A stretch of DNA of 48,094 nt from Dicyema japonicum (GCA_011109175.1 RDEW01000004.1:1853769-1901862), one strand, 5' to 3'; positions 26,111 through 38,514 are shown, counted from the first letter of the stretch. Numbers and translations: made by a program. The notes: a model not told the origin generated them from the letters alone.

Positions 26111-26149
26111 CTAACTAACGACAAATCAGGATGGCCTGTGAAGTTCTAA

Positions 26150-27600
26150 GGTCGGAAGAGTGCAATCATTTCTGTTATAACGGTGAGGGCAAACTGCAGT
26201 ATTTCCTTCATCGTCTTTACTATTTGCCCATGTTGATTTACCTAGAACCTTGTGAGATATCGGAAGTGACCATATCCTTCAGGAACTTTTTATTGGTCTG
26301 AGCCCGGATATTATTGAATATATTTTTCTCTCAAAAATGACGTGTCCGTATTGATTGGAATCATTATCGACTTTTCATGTCCAAGGGTTTGTGTAGAACG
26401 TGTGTTTGTCATCGTAGGAAGCAATAATTCGAAAAAGTGAGAAAATATCTGAGTCCAGAAGACGTATCTACAATGGAAGAGGTCTATAGTGAGGATGATC
26501 CCAAAATCGGGAAAATCAAAGAAAGACCCTCAGAGTTATAGGCCAATTAGTTTGATATGATCCATTTCGAAGAGGATAGTTATGTTCACCATCTGTGTCG
26601 GTATTATGAAAATACTAATCTATTGCTCCCCTTCTAATGGGGTTTTCCACCGGAAGACTATATCTACCAGATAAATTCGGAAATCCAGAAGACCTTTGAT
26701 AGCTGGAGGCAATTGAACTTGATATGCCTGGATATTTCAGTATATGACACGAAGCTCTTCTGGCTCAGCTTCTGTCTGCGGATATCCCTATATACCTACT
26801 TAACTGGATAAAAAATTTCCGCCAGGTGTTATCGAAAATGTGTCAGTTCCCGAAAGCAACACCGGGAAATGATGAGAATATTGCTGAGAGAAACAGGGAT
26901 CACCTGATGGCGTTTTTTCCTTTTAATTAGTTTACCTGGTGATTTTTGGCTTATTAATAATAAGAAATTCCTTATAGAGAAGGGAGTCCTTTGTGAAAGT
27001 CGGAGGAAGTATCTTAGGTGGGATCTCGCTAGTCAGAAGAGTCTCACAGGAGTCTGTATTGCCATTCAATATATTCATGGTTAGTCTGCCTAAACCGCCT
27101 TGTAACTCGGATGTATTAATTCACGTGGATGATATCATTTTAATGGATACCTCCAAGAATTAAATACTCTCGGAAAGAGGACTGAATATTCACTTTGAGT
27201 AAAAATGTGGATTCCTTATGCTATCTGGGAGTGGACATCGACCGTAGCGGCATGTATATTGAAGATATCAGAGTGAGAAAGAAGAAATCTCTACAGGCTC
27301 TTCTATATGTGTCAACATGGAAACTTTTCTATATATCTTCTGTGGACTAATTCTCCAAACTTGCTTTATGGATGCGAGGGATGGTTTTTCTCCAAGAAGA
27401 ACAAGATCATATCCTTATTGGAGAACAAAACGTCGCCCATCAAGTTGGGAGAAAAGGCTGATGGATGAGTTGACTGAGGATGAATACAAACTCTTAACAA
27501 CAATGAGGTGTATGATCGAGAAGAGGATAAAGCTTTTCAAGACAAAACCAAAAGTCCAAAGCATGCGAAGGAACTATAATTTCTCCCCAAAGAATGCGTC
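26150..27600 (+). mobile_element. LINE family C copy, internally deleted
   Basis: SDH (APE end); WKRSIVRMIPKSGKSKKDPQSYRPISL; 26720-27130 is colinear at DNA level with the reverse complement of 21490-21790; then LCYLGVDID and LLYGCEGW. Confidence 0.8.
26821..26959 (+). mobile_element. 5'-truncated family A 3' end inserted in family C RT, with about 13 bp TSD
   Basis: Encodes CVSSRKQHREMMRILLRETGIT*. Flanked by ataaaaaatttcc (26808-20) and ataagaaattcct (26960-72). The empty site is visible in the 21.67 kb copy. Confidence 0.75.
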
Positions 27601-27639
27601 TCAAATACAATATTGAAAGTCTTTTTAAAAAGGGATTGT

Positions 27640-27900
27640 CAATCGCCTAGTGCATATTTAATCAAGTCTCCGTATATGTTGTCTGGTCCAGCTCCCCTGT
27701 TGATTAACTTATTGATTGCAAATTTAAGTGCCCTTTGTAGAAATAGGTAGGTTCAGCTTGTTGGTGATTTCTCTAATGACCCCATATATGAGGGATCATT
27801 TCACTCAGAAGTCCTGAAAATGTTAAGCAATAATCTCAGTTATTTCTTTACTATCCATTACATTTCTTCCTTGAAGTTATCAATACAAATATTCATAGGT
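27640..27900 (-). mobile_element. LINE RT N-terminal fragment
   Basis: EIIA*HFQDF...LKFAINKLINRGAGPDNIYGDLIK matches A+..L....GPD.I. Confidence 0.55.
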
Positions 27901-28312
27901 TGAAATCCTCTCTCCAAAAGTCTCCAAACCATCCTTGAAGATTTTCCATCTTTTCTGAGTCCATGTAGTCTTATGTCCCCCATTATGATCCAATGTCAAA
28001 TTACAAATAAAGTAGTCAAACACGTTACAGAATTGTGCAAGCGACTCTCCTGAAATATTTCTTCTCCCCCAAGCATGTCTTCCTATACAGTGTTCTCTTC
28101 AAGAATAGTGACCCAGTTTTTAATAACAATCTTCTCATAATAAAGTCATAGGCTTGGAGATCAGAGACAGTATCACCTAACCACTATGTTATTCTACTGC
28201 ACAATCTTATTCCAAAGTTTCCTTAAATTGCAGAAGCATATGGACCTCATAACAAATTGGTTTATGCCCACCATCTAACCTTTTCGTCATCAAAGTCCAT
28301 CACAGTCTATAC

Positions 28313-29150
28313 CAAGGGTCTCAAACACGCGACCAAAAATAATCTAAAAAATTAATATAATTTTTAAAATATGTTATTTATTTCAAATTAATTTATAATT
28401 TTAACAGTCATGCTTTTTGATTTGTTTTTTGTTTCTCTTGAAAAATGTCTACCAAATAAGGAAAATAGAACAAGAAAACAGTGAGCATTTATATTTTGTT
28501 TCAGATTTGAAACAAAAGTTCAATGCTGTGGGTACAATTGGAGTACGAAAAGAGAATAATATAAGAAAGCATTACGAGTCTAATTATAAAGGTGACTATG
28601 GAATTTATTATTGACAATTGCAATAAGAAAAAGCACGAATAGTAAAATCCTATTTATTAAATCAGCGAAATTTTTTCAAAAATATGAATATTCGACTGAG
28701 AATGTGGTACAGTTATGTTGTAAGTGAAATGATCGCAAAATCGACAAACCATTTACAGATAAAAATTTTATTAAAGACTCTCTTTTAGTTATTTATAACT
28801 TTGACGAACGTTTTCAAGATTTTTTGATATTAATTTATCAATTAAAACTTTTACGACTCCAATGTCAATAAATGTTGAACTCATTGCTAAACAGTATAAC
28901 TTCAAAATGACACCCAGTTGAAAGAAAAACATGCTGAAGTTGGAATGTAAGAATTATATAAATGTAAATCTTCCCTGTAAAAGATATCCTCAACTACATT
29001 CAACAATGAAATTAAATTAATCCTCTTTCAAATCACGACCAACGGATGAACGTTTACAGTCTCTCTTAAGGCTGCCACCTTTAAAAGAACATAATCTTTA
29101 GCCAGACATTGAATCATTGCTTTCCAAAAATCGTGGAATATTAAGTAATA
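28313..29150 (+). mobile_element. Internally deleted hAT (Buster/Charlie/SPIN, GTF2IRD2-like) element
   Basis: TIR-like caagggtctcaaacacgcg after gtcTAtac. N-terminal VRKENNIRKHYESNY...YVVSEMIAK..KPFT. C-terminal YPQL..MKLN*SSFKSRPTDERLQSLLRL...PDIESL. Confidence 0.8.
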
Positions 29151-29299
29151 AATTGTTTTACGTGTTTATAATAAATTAACTTTTATTTTGAAAATTTAAA
29201 AGTTAAAAAAATTATTAATTTAATTTCAAAAATTAGTTTACCTGGTTATTTTTGGCTTATTAAAAAAAGAAGAAATTTCTTATCCGGCAAGGAGAATAA

Positions 29300-29480
29300 A
29301 AAAAGTAGTAGCTGGCCACTCGAACGGCCAGCAAAATCAGTGCCATACCTTATTGTACAAGCAATTCATTAGGAAAACGATAATCTATGCCTCCCCAAGC
29401 TGGGTCCCTTGCATGAAAGTGTCCGGTTGGGAGAGAAATTCGGGATTTCTTTGCTTGCCCTGGATCTCCTGGATGTCAAA
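29300..29480 (+). mobile_element. LINE post-RT fragment (family B-like)
   Basis: KVVAGHSNGQQ...LLYKQFIRKTIIYASPSW. Confidence 0.6.
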
Positions 29481-29879
29481 GTAATAGGTCCCTGGGAGCG
29501 TCCTTTTGACGGTTGTCAGTTTCCTAAATGTTAGCGATAATTTGCTTTTAATTTATATAATATAGGTTCATTAAAAATTATGTGACCAGGAGGTGATCGG
29601 ATAATGGTTTCAAGAGGGGATCAAATATCCAGGACACATATGAAACTAGGAAAAACTTTCTGAAAAAAAATTTAAAAAGGAAGGGTACAGGTGGGAGTCC
29701 AAACCTTATGGTTGGACTCATATGTAATACCCTCTAGAAAACTAGAGGTTTCCACATCGACGTTAGGTTCAACCACACATTCGTCAAAATTGAATGTAAT
29801 GATTTACAACACTTGTTATATTATTATTTGAGACTGTGACTCCCTTTCGAGAAATCGTGCACGAATCGCAATAGGAAAG

Positions 29880-30714
29880 TTATGTTCTTCCTGTGGCTTG
29901 TGCCACCCCCAGATGATCCAGTCTGTTAGACTTCTCCACCGTCTTCTTGAGATTCCGATTTTTGGAGGCTTTCCGAGTCCTTAGTTGTTTTCCACATCTG
30001 GATTCTTTCGCAGTTCACATTTGTAGATGAGGAAAGGCAGTATAATTCTTTCAAAAATAAAGATAAACGTCTACTTCTTCAAATTGAGTTTTTGTAGACA
30101 CAGAAGTGCTGGTAAACCTTTTTCTTTTTCATTAATCTCCTCTACATCCAAAACGGACTCCCGAATAACAAAGATGATCAACATTGCTTATACCACTCAG
30201 TATGTACTTCTCTTGAAAAAAACTTTATAAAGTGTAAAATTCGCATGGATTTCTACTTTTCCATAGAAAGACTTAAGCCGCTGGATTTGCACCACCAGAG
30301 AATTAGAGGACTTTTACGTATCTCACAAATAATATTCTCCCCATCAGAAGATTCCTTAACCAATCGAGTAAAAGTTTTGGAATTTCATCTGCGAATAGCT
30401 GATAAATAGTTTCATACAAGAAACTATAAAGATCGATGATCTCCTTGGTGAAGAGTATTTTGTTCCTGCGAAGGGTCATAAAAAGACAAGTCAAACTAAA
30501 ATGGCCAGGTATTCTATTGGTTGTGGTTACTCACGGGTTGTTTTGCAGTTCAAATCCAGCGAGTATACCCCTAGTCGATTTTTTTCTCTGTTTATTTGTA
30601 ATTCCTGTGACCATAATTCTAAGGACCCACTATTGTATTCGATTCAGTTATCCGACGCCAGAGAATAACAAATTACTTCAGAACTCAAACATCTTGTGGA
30701 CCACATGACGCCAC
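29880..30714 (-). mobile_element. Family C-like LINE remnant starting at the 5' signature
   Basis: Begins gtggcgtcatgtggtcc. Encodes LFADEIPKLLLDWLRNLLMGR, NVDHLCYSGV and ILPFLIYKCE. Confidence 0.6.
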
Positions 30715-31632
30715 TCTAATATGGAAGGGAAGGAGTAGACAAGACTACATGGCGCCACGCGGCCTAATAATTTTGTCTTCACCCGGGATCAATTAACCTA
30801 GACGATTGACCACTGCAATCTGCTTGGCTTACAAGCGGAAGACCTAGTGGGTCGGATCGACGACTCTGTAAGAAAACAACAGAACATTTACTCGTTTATG
30901 GGGAGGGAGGAAGGTCTACATACTATCTAGATCTTCTCATATAATAGAAATTTGAGGTAGCAGTAGGAGAGTCCAAGATGTGGCAGGACTTGAGTTACAA
31001 GAACTTTCAAAGATACCCTCTTCTTTTGACAATAAAACTCGTTAAAGTTAAAAAAAAGTTTTTGGAAGTTAAGTCGATAGTCTCAATTGCTTCCTCATGA
31101 AGATGTGTGGCTATTGTTCAATTCTTTGGTTATCATGGTAGTACATTGTGATTTCTTCTGGTGACGGTAACCATTTTATTTAGGGAGATAAGTTTGACTT
31201 ATCAACCCGGGTACGAAGAATGAAACGGATTCTTATGCTATATGACAACAACTACATAAGCTGTACGCTCGTTGACGTCATTGATTAGAAAATCATAATA
31301 AGCAATACAAAGTGAATTATACTTCATATTGGGTTTACGAGGATTATGGGAGCAATAGGGAATTCAAAAGTGATATTTTGGAAATAGGATCGTTAATGCA
31401 ACACCATCTGAACAGTTATTTCACAGAATTCACGTGAGACAAGGATATAAGAACACTTAATTTTAAGAAATGTTGGTTGCAATATGGAATTTTCGGCCTC
31501 TAGCAACTATTTCTGAATAATAATTATAAAATTTTAAATATTTACTATTAAAGAATATTCGTAGGATAATAAAAATTAAATATTTAATTTTAACTAACAA
31601 AATTATTATATATTAAAAAAACGTGCTATCTG

Positions 31633-34390
31633 GCGTGGCGCTATGTGGTTCCCTCACTCTGTAAGTTTTGGTAACGCTCAGAGAGCACCTAATGCTCCTC
31701 CAAAGAGAACCATTAGACATCCACCTCCGAGGAAACTGTCTCCTCGGCGGCAGCTCTATCATCCTCATCTACCCGGAAAAAAACCCCTAGCCCACTGCAA
31801 GAAACGGACCACGGTTCTTCAACTGAATATTAATAGAGTAAGAGGAAGATATTGGGGCTGCGCTCCCTCCTGGCGTAGCTGAAGATCGACATGACTTTAA
31901 TACAAGAGATGAAACTGCATACGAACAGTTCTACCCCGATGGATACGAGTCAGTACGGACTGACCGAAAGAGGAGCGGAGTAAAGAAAGACCTTAAATGT
32001 GTGGACATCACTTCAGTGGTGAAGAATGGGAGACGACGATGTTACTGAAGTCAATGCAGTCTGAGTTGAAACAACCAATGGAAAAATTACCTTTGTGAAC
32101 GTCCATGTGCCCCCACCTGGTTCTTGCCCGGAGCACTATAATATGCCCAATTTATCTACCTTGGCTCCTTTGAACGACGTGATCATTGGCAGGGATATCA
32201 ACACAAAACACCCTCTGTGGCTGGCAAGTCAACCGTCTGACTCAAGAGGAAAAGTACTACTTTCGCAGACAGGGCCTTTCACGGTCATGAATGACCCGTC
32301 AAAACATAAGAGAACCTCCTTCAGGGAGTCAGACCAACTAACTTCTCCAGACATCACGCTTTGTTCTCCCGCCCTGGCTGCAATATCGACTTGGTCAGTC
32401 ACTTACAACTCAAGAAGCGACCATAATTCCATCCTTTTGGAGATCAAGAGAGAAACGTCGACTAGAAGAAGATCCCCAAAAAAATTCAACCACAAACTCG
32501 CAGATTGGAGACTTGACTGTACACTTACTGACAATCTACTGCAGCATCTGGATGGTATTATTTCCATGAACAAAGTAGTCGCTTATGTAAACCGCACATC
32601 TTGGACGCAACATCACTATCTGCACCTAAACTACACCAGGGGATATGGCAGGTCGACATTTACCAAGGAAAGAAACAAACTCAAAATGTCTGGCCGATTA
32701 ACTTTTGAGGATAAATATAGACTCAAGGCTTTGAACAATGAACTAAAAAACAGGGAGGCAAGAACACAAATATCAAGATGGAAACATCTGTCTCCTCGTT
32801 GAATAGAAATATACCCACTACTGCAATTTGGAAGATTATCCGAGACTCCTCGAAAGGGGATGAAAGATCGTCCGAGGTGGACTACAGCCAAAAGGACTCA
32901 AGCAACCTAATAAAATGCTCTGTGAAAATATCCCATAAAGACCATAAGAAGTTGGATGTACCCCCAAAATATCTCAGTAAACCGAAAAAGGAACCAGGTA
33001 CGATTCACTTCACTGAAAACGACGTGAGATGTACATTGAGAGCCATTAAAACGACCTATTCAAACGGACCCGATAAGATCCAATGATCCTCCTAAAGAAT
33101 CTGGGAGACTACGTAATCGCTGCATTAACGAAGATATTCAATCACTCCATTAACAAAAATTGTATTCCAGCATTATGGAAGCTGGCCCACCTACATCCAA
33201 TTTTGAAACCCGGTAAAGTGGAAGAAGGACCCAGCTTCATCAGACCGGTCACGTTATTGTGTTCGGTGTCGAAAATTCTGGAAAGGCTGGTTTTAACATG
33301 TTTTTAAAAAGGAGAGGTCTACTTCGACCCACTTATCTCATTGACTAACTTTATACTATTTGGTTTCTCGCACAGGCCGGGACACATGAAGACTGTACTT
33401 TGCTCCATAGACGTCCACAAAGCTTTCGACTTTGTGTCAAGGCGGATTCTTACTTGGAAAATTTACCAAAGATCCCTGGAAAGCTCAAACTCTGGCTAGC
33501 TAACTTCCTTAGTGGTCGAAGGGGACGCGTCTGCATTGGCCAGTCAAGGTCTATTTCACAGCTTCTCCCTAATGGGGTTCACCAAGGATGCCTTTTGTCT
33601 TCAGTTTTATTCAACCTATTCATGGCGGACATTTCCACTCCAGACTCAGAAAATGATATTATTTTAACTTTTGCCGACTACATCGTCATTGCGTCACGCG
33701 ATCAGGATATCCATTTTGCCACTTCGAAGTTGCAAGAAAATCTGGACCGGCTTGACAAATGGCTATCGAAGAATCGCCTAACTACTAGCAGTGAAAAGAT
33801 CGTCATATCCCTATTTACTTCAGACAAGAGACTGGGAAGACGGACGGTCTAACTAGAGGCAAACAATGAAGCTATTCCTTACAGAAAATCCCAAAGAATC
33901 ATTAGGGTGACTTTTGACAAGCATTTGTCATTCTCTCCCCATGTTGAAAACGTAATTACGAAATGCGAAAAGTAATGTTCTGATATGCCTCACAGGCTTA
34001 TGGAAGATCGGAAAGCATTCTGTTTTAAGCACTATATAAACAATTCATTGAACCATGCATCTCTTATGCATGCGGTATATGGGGTCCACTCATCTCTTGG
34101 ACAAATGTCTTGAAGATCGAGGCTAGCTGGAGAAGAGCCTCCAAGGTCACGGAACGCTGGATTTCCGGAAGACTCTAGCCACCAATGCCTTTTGAAGCCT
34201 TGAGAAGAATGAACCACGGATCGCGCCGTCGTGAATGCGAAGGTCCAATCACTCGACCGATACGTGCTTATGCGGGGACGAGGGAGGAGCATCGGGCCAA
34301 GATGAGGTTCCTGCTAGAGCGTGCTGGGATCACGTGATTAGTTAGTTTGTGTGACCGTGGTTTCTGGTGTTGTTATTATTGATTACTATC
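31633..34390 (+). mobile_element. Near-full-length compact LINE (family A): single APE+RT frame, pseudogenised
   Basis: APE: VLQLNIN, IQE, NVHVPP, DINTKHPLW, SPDITL, SDH. RT: GPDKI, WKLAHLHPILKPGK, RPVTLLC, QGCLLSSVLFNLFMAD, FADY. C-terminus EEHRAKMRFLLERAGIT*, then a 3' UTR ending in (TTA/TTG)n. Confidence 0.92.
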
Positions 34391-34569
34391 GCGTAGCGCC
34401 ATAGAGGGAAAACTGTATTATTATTTTGTTGCAGGAAAGTGACGGAATTAATGAGATTTTTTTGCATTAAACACAAACATAGTTAACAAAAATATGAATA
34501 GTGGTCTTGTTTCTGAAAACAAGGTAACTCATTTGGAAACAGGATCGTTAATGAAAATGTAATCTAGAT

Positions 34570-35210
34570 CATACATATCAAACTCAAAAGGCTCCAAGTG
34601 CCGATAAGATAATTTGAGTATACAAGCGGGCCTCACTAACAAATCTGAAAAAAAGACTGTAATCTTATTGAAGTGTATTTCACTAACAAATCTGAAAAAA
34701 AGACTGTAATCTTATTGATATAATCTGCAGTTCTATTACAACGACTATATTACTATAAGACTCCACAACGCCAAATATAACAATTGTAATCATTTTTCAA
34801 GATCATCATTTTCACTATGTTTTGTCATGAGATGACTTTTTTGCAAGACAATTTTTCGTATATTTGAAATGTATCAGCAGTTCCGACCTTGATCAGGTTG
34901 AGTTCATAGTTTGCTTGCAGTAACAGAAGCGACATTGGCTTGCTCTATTTTTGCAAAACATACCTGTCGCTGTGTCAACTTAACCTTGACTTATTTGCAA
35001 CATACATTAGGCACTCGTATTCATCGCTAGATTGATGGTTAGTTTCATAATGTCTTTTTAAGTTGTACTCTTGTTGGCAGTGCTGTTATTGCAAACTAAA
35101 CAATGTATCCTTGCATTAATTATTCGACAAAAGTACTGTAGTTCACATGTTGATGAATTACCAGTCTTTATCTTTAAGTTTCCTTATCTTCTTACTTTAA
35201 GATTCCATTC
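34570..35210 (-). mobile_element. Internally deleted hAT (Buster/Charlie-type) element
   Basis: QYFCRIINARIHCLVCNN...EYNLKRHYETNH is joined near 34905 to the C-terminal LIKVGTADTFQ. The terminus catacatatcaaactc follows atcTAgat. Confidence 0.75.
34634..34718. repeat. Tandem duplication, 47 bp period
   Basis: cactaacaaatctgaaaaaaagactgtaatcttattga at 34634 and 34681. Confidence 0.9.
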
Positions 35211-35794
35211 TAAATGGGGTCAGTTTGCCCAATATTTTATAAAGACACATAATTATTATTGTTTTAAATTTTGTTAATATTGAAAGTATTGGTAAACAAT
35301 TTCAGCATTGTGTTATCGATTTAAGCGTATAGTGCTCTGCCAAACACGTGAAAGCACCCACCATGTAGGACAGTATTGTTGTTCTGGGTTCGTTAGTATA
35401 TAGGGATGGGCGTATAGTTTAAGCGTATAAACGTCTTCTGACTACGTAGAACGCTTATAACCGTGGCCTATCAATTTAACGCTGCTGACAGATATCCACT
35501 GATTTTCTCTGGTGATCTCATTTCAATGATACGGTAAGCCCCAATGTCGTCGACTCCATAAAAATCCTTTTTACAGTACGCGTGTTGAAAAAAAGACACC
35601 TCGAACCAGTTCACATGCAAACAATTGCTGAGGTATTTCAGGAAAATTCGAAAATTGTAAAAATTGGGATCACCTAATTAGTTGGGTTTCCACATCCTCT
35701 CTCGGCGGTCTTGGAGGTTTTAAATAGTATAGGTGTAATAACTACAAATAAAAATCCAAAAAAAATTATTAAAAATATTTACTTATTAGAATTG

Positions 35795-35971
35795 CTATGT
35801 CAAATTAATAATACTTTCATACACAAGAAATATAAGTGCTGTTGATGGAACCATCTTACAAATACAAGGATTGATCCCTTTGTACAATGATAGAATGCCC
35901 TCATTTTTAATAAGATGAGTGATGACATGTCTCATATTACGATAGTCTCTTAAATTGTTCATTAGTCTGGT
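35795..35971 (-). CDS. Mitochondrial carrier (SLC25/MCF) family protein, C-terminal 58 aa; 5' part runs into the gap
   Basis: TRLM...Y.N...I..LIKNEGILSLYKGINPCICKMVPSTALIFLVYE matches the third Mito_carr repeat (R-L...EG...LYKG..P...R..P...I.F.VYE). Uninterrupted frame ending in TAG. Confidence 0.85.
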   Translation of the reverse strand, partial: TRLMNNLRDYRNMRHVITHLIKNEGILSLYKGINPCICKMVPSTALIFLVYESIINLT

Positions 35972-35972
35972 T

Positions 35973-36379
35973 NNNNNNNNNNNNNNNNNNNNNNNNNNNN
36001 NNNNNNNNNNNNNNNNNNNNNNNNNNNNNNNNNNNNNNNNNNNNNNNNNNNNNNNNNNNNNNNNNNNNNNNNNNNNNNNNNNNNNNNNNNNNNNNNNNNN
36101 NNNNNNNNNNNNNNNNNNNNNNNNNNNNNNNNNNNNNNNNNNNNNNNNNNNNNNNNNNNNNNNNNNNNNNNNNNNNNNNNNNNNNNNNNNNNNNNNNNNN
36201 NNNNNNNNNNNNNNNNNNNNNNNNNNNNNNNNNNNNNNNNNNNNNNNNNNNNNNNNNNNNNNNNNNNNNNNNNNNNNNNNNNNNNNNNNNNNNNNNNNNN
36301 NNNNNNNNNNNNNNNNNNNNNNNNNNNNNNNNNNNNNNNNNNNNNNNNNNNNNNNNNNNNNNNNNNNNNNNNNNNNNNN
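35973..36379. other. Assembly gap (407 N)
   Basis: Run of n. Confidence 1.
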
Positions 36380-36467
36380 AGGACTCTGTTTCCACATCAG
36401 TGGAAACTGGATACACTTAACTAGTTGTTTACTGTTAACTTCTTTCTCGGTGTATCCTTGTTAATAA
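36380..36467 (+). mobile_element. Family D 3' end
   Basis: Homologous to 20156-20245. Confidence 0.7.
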
Positions 36468-37674
36468 TAGTTATTCTTGTTGGTTGATGGGTATAAGGTC
36501 ACGAACACAGAGAGATTAATTTTATGCCAAGAAATATTCAGAGTTTGTAGTCAACTTAGATGAGGAACTATTTTGTTAAAATGTTCGATTGTAGTCATCT
36601 GTAGAATTTGCTGTTGATAAAAAAGTATTTCATATTTTTTATTTTTAGATGACATGGGCTCGATTAAAAGTGTGCAGAGCTCTTGTCCAATACTTCCGGT
36701 GGCTGTATAAGTTGGCCACTTAAGTTCGTTATAAGTTCGTTACCAAGGCATTTGCAGAAGCAAATATACCTCTCTGTAAGATGAGGCACTCTTCCTTGTT
36801 ACACCTTGTCAAGAGGAAACATTACCATGTACAACAAAGGCCAGGATTTGCGTGAAACAGATTTCTATCGAAAAAATAAATGAGATTATTTGCCGCTTAA
36901 GGTTTCTCATTGAAATAATAAATAGTGGACAGTATAACTATAATATTATTGAAAAGCGAATATAAGAGGGAATAGACACATAACTTCCTTGACGTGTTCC
37001 AGCATAACCTTTAACTCACTATACTAGTAAAGGAAATTGGAGTATATTTTGTTATCTTTCTTGATGATCCCGGGGTTCTAAATAAATAAATTTTTCAAAT
37101 TCTGCAAAGGTCTTGTCACACCTGAACAGAGAGCACAACTGGCTACCAGCCAATGTTGGAACTCAAATCTCTATCCTATTTTCTTTGATAGCAAGTGGAT
37201 CAAAAATGCTCCTTGATAACATCTGTCACGTGTGATGCCTAAGGAGTTTTCCTTCTGGAAGTTTGTTTTTACTTCTTGATGGTCGAGAAAATCAACTCAA
37301 TCTAAGGGAGAAACCTAGTGTCCTCTTTCTTCGTTTTTATAGGAGTCAATAAACTCAATGAGGCTGGTTACGGTTTTTCTACAAAGTATCAGGAAACCCA
37401 ATTGAAAACAAAATCGCCCATGAAGAATACCAATAGACTCTAAAGAAAGACATCCATATCTAGCTTTTCATTTGCATTTTACATCTTTATGCTTTTCTGA
37501 AGTTAAATAAAGGCAATGTGTATACAAATTAGTAAATTGGGAGAATATAAATTGTTATGACGTAGATCCAAGTTGGAAGAATAATTTCTAATATATTAAT
37601 TAGTATTTTTTTTATCGCTTATTGTCTTCCGAGAAAATAAAAAGTAGTACATTCTTATTATTAGAAGACTAGGA

Positions 37675-38460
37675 AATCATCATTAAATTAAGAGGAAGTG
37701 TGACCATTAGAAGATCCCGGCCACTCTCAGTAAACACTTCATTTTATTACGGTGATCATCCTTAGATCCTACGCACTCCATGTGTTCTCGTTGTCTGGCA
37801 AAGATTCGCGTGAGATGAACTGTGTCCACTTTTTAGAGTTCAAGTAGTAAGGACTGGAAATCCTTGATTCCTTTTAGATGTGTTCTTTCTGATTTCGTTG
37901 TCCATTCGGCGAATCCGTAGCGAATAGTTAACTCGACATATTGACGGTATAGGTAACCTAGCGTTAAACTGAGTTTCTATACTGTCCAAAATAGAATATG
38001 GAATTTGTTTCCCATTTATAGCCAGGGAAGTCCAGAATTCACGTTTGAGGTAAATTTCGTATGACTTTTCAGCGGAAATAAACGAACTTGATACGACTCT
38101 TTCTGAGGAATTTGATATCTGAGTCGAAGGTTGCTTGGGATATCTGAGTAGAAGATCTTTGTTAGTATTTTTTGTGCTAACTAAAACGCCTTTTGTATGT
38201 CAACCGAGCATACTACGGATTTTGATGTCTTGATTAGAATTTTAGCCTTCAGAAATGAATTTTGATAGGCGTGTGAGGTGACTTGTAGTGAGGAAACTTT
38301 TTTTGAATTCGTGCTGCAAGGGTGTCGCCGGTAGGTAATGTCGAATGATCACCAGAACGAGTTTTAAATAATTTTTGAACAGCACATAAAAGTGATATCG
38401 TTTTGTATATTGAATGGAGGTCCTAGGGTCTTCCAGGTATTAGGAATTTTTAGACAACGG
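37675..38460 (-). mobile_element. LINE family A copy, internally deleted
   Basis: IPGRP...KTISLLCAVQKL; VCSVDIQKAF; C-terminus ECVGSKDDHRNKMKCLLRVAGIF*. Confidence 0.8.
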
Positions 38461-38480
38461 TAAAATTGTCTAACGCTTAT

Positions 38481-38514
38481 CGGTCCACGGCATTAAAAAA
38501 ATTGAGGACCATTG
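38481..38514. mobile_element. Solitary hAT-type terminus
   Basis: The reverse complement caatggtcctcaattttt...gccgtggaccg resembles Charlie-type CAGTGGTxCTCAA ends. Flank is ttcTAgac. Confidence 0.5.

Noticed and set aside
35408-35452. tRNA-Arg(ACG)-like head (gggcgtatagtttaagcg...tctgactacg)
   Set aside because: The anticodon stem is incomplete and there is no T-arm/B-box or acceptor 3' strand.
35795-36464. Three long ORFs in the track spanning the N gap
   Set aside because: Artefacts of translating N. Only the 58-aa carrier end is real.
37200-37450. CR1/Jockey-like RT fragment on the minus strand (QLGF...KTVTSLIEF)
   Set aside because: Only one weak motif, not enough to call.
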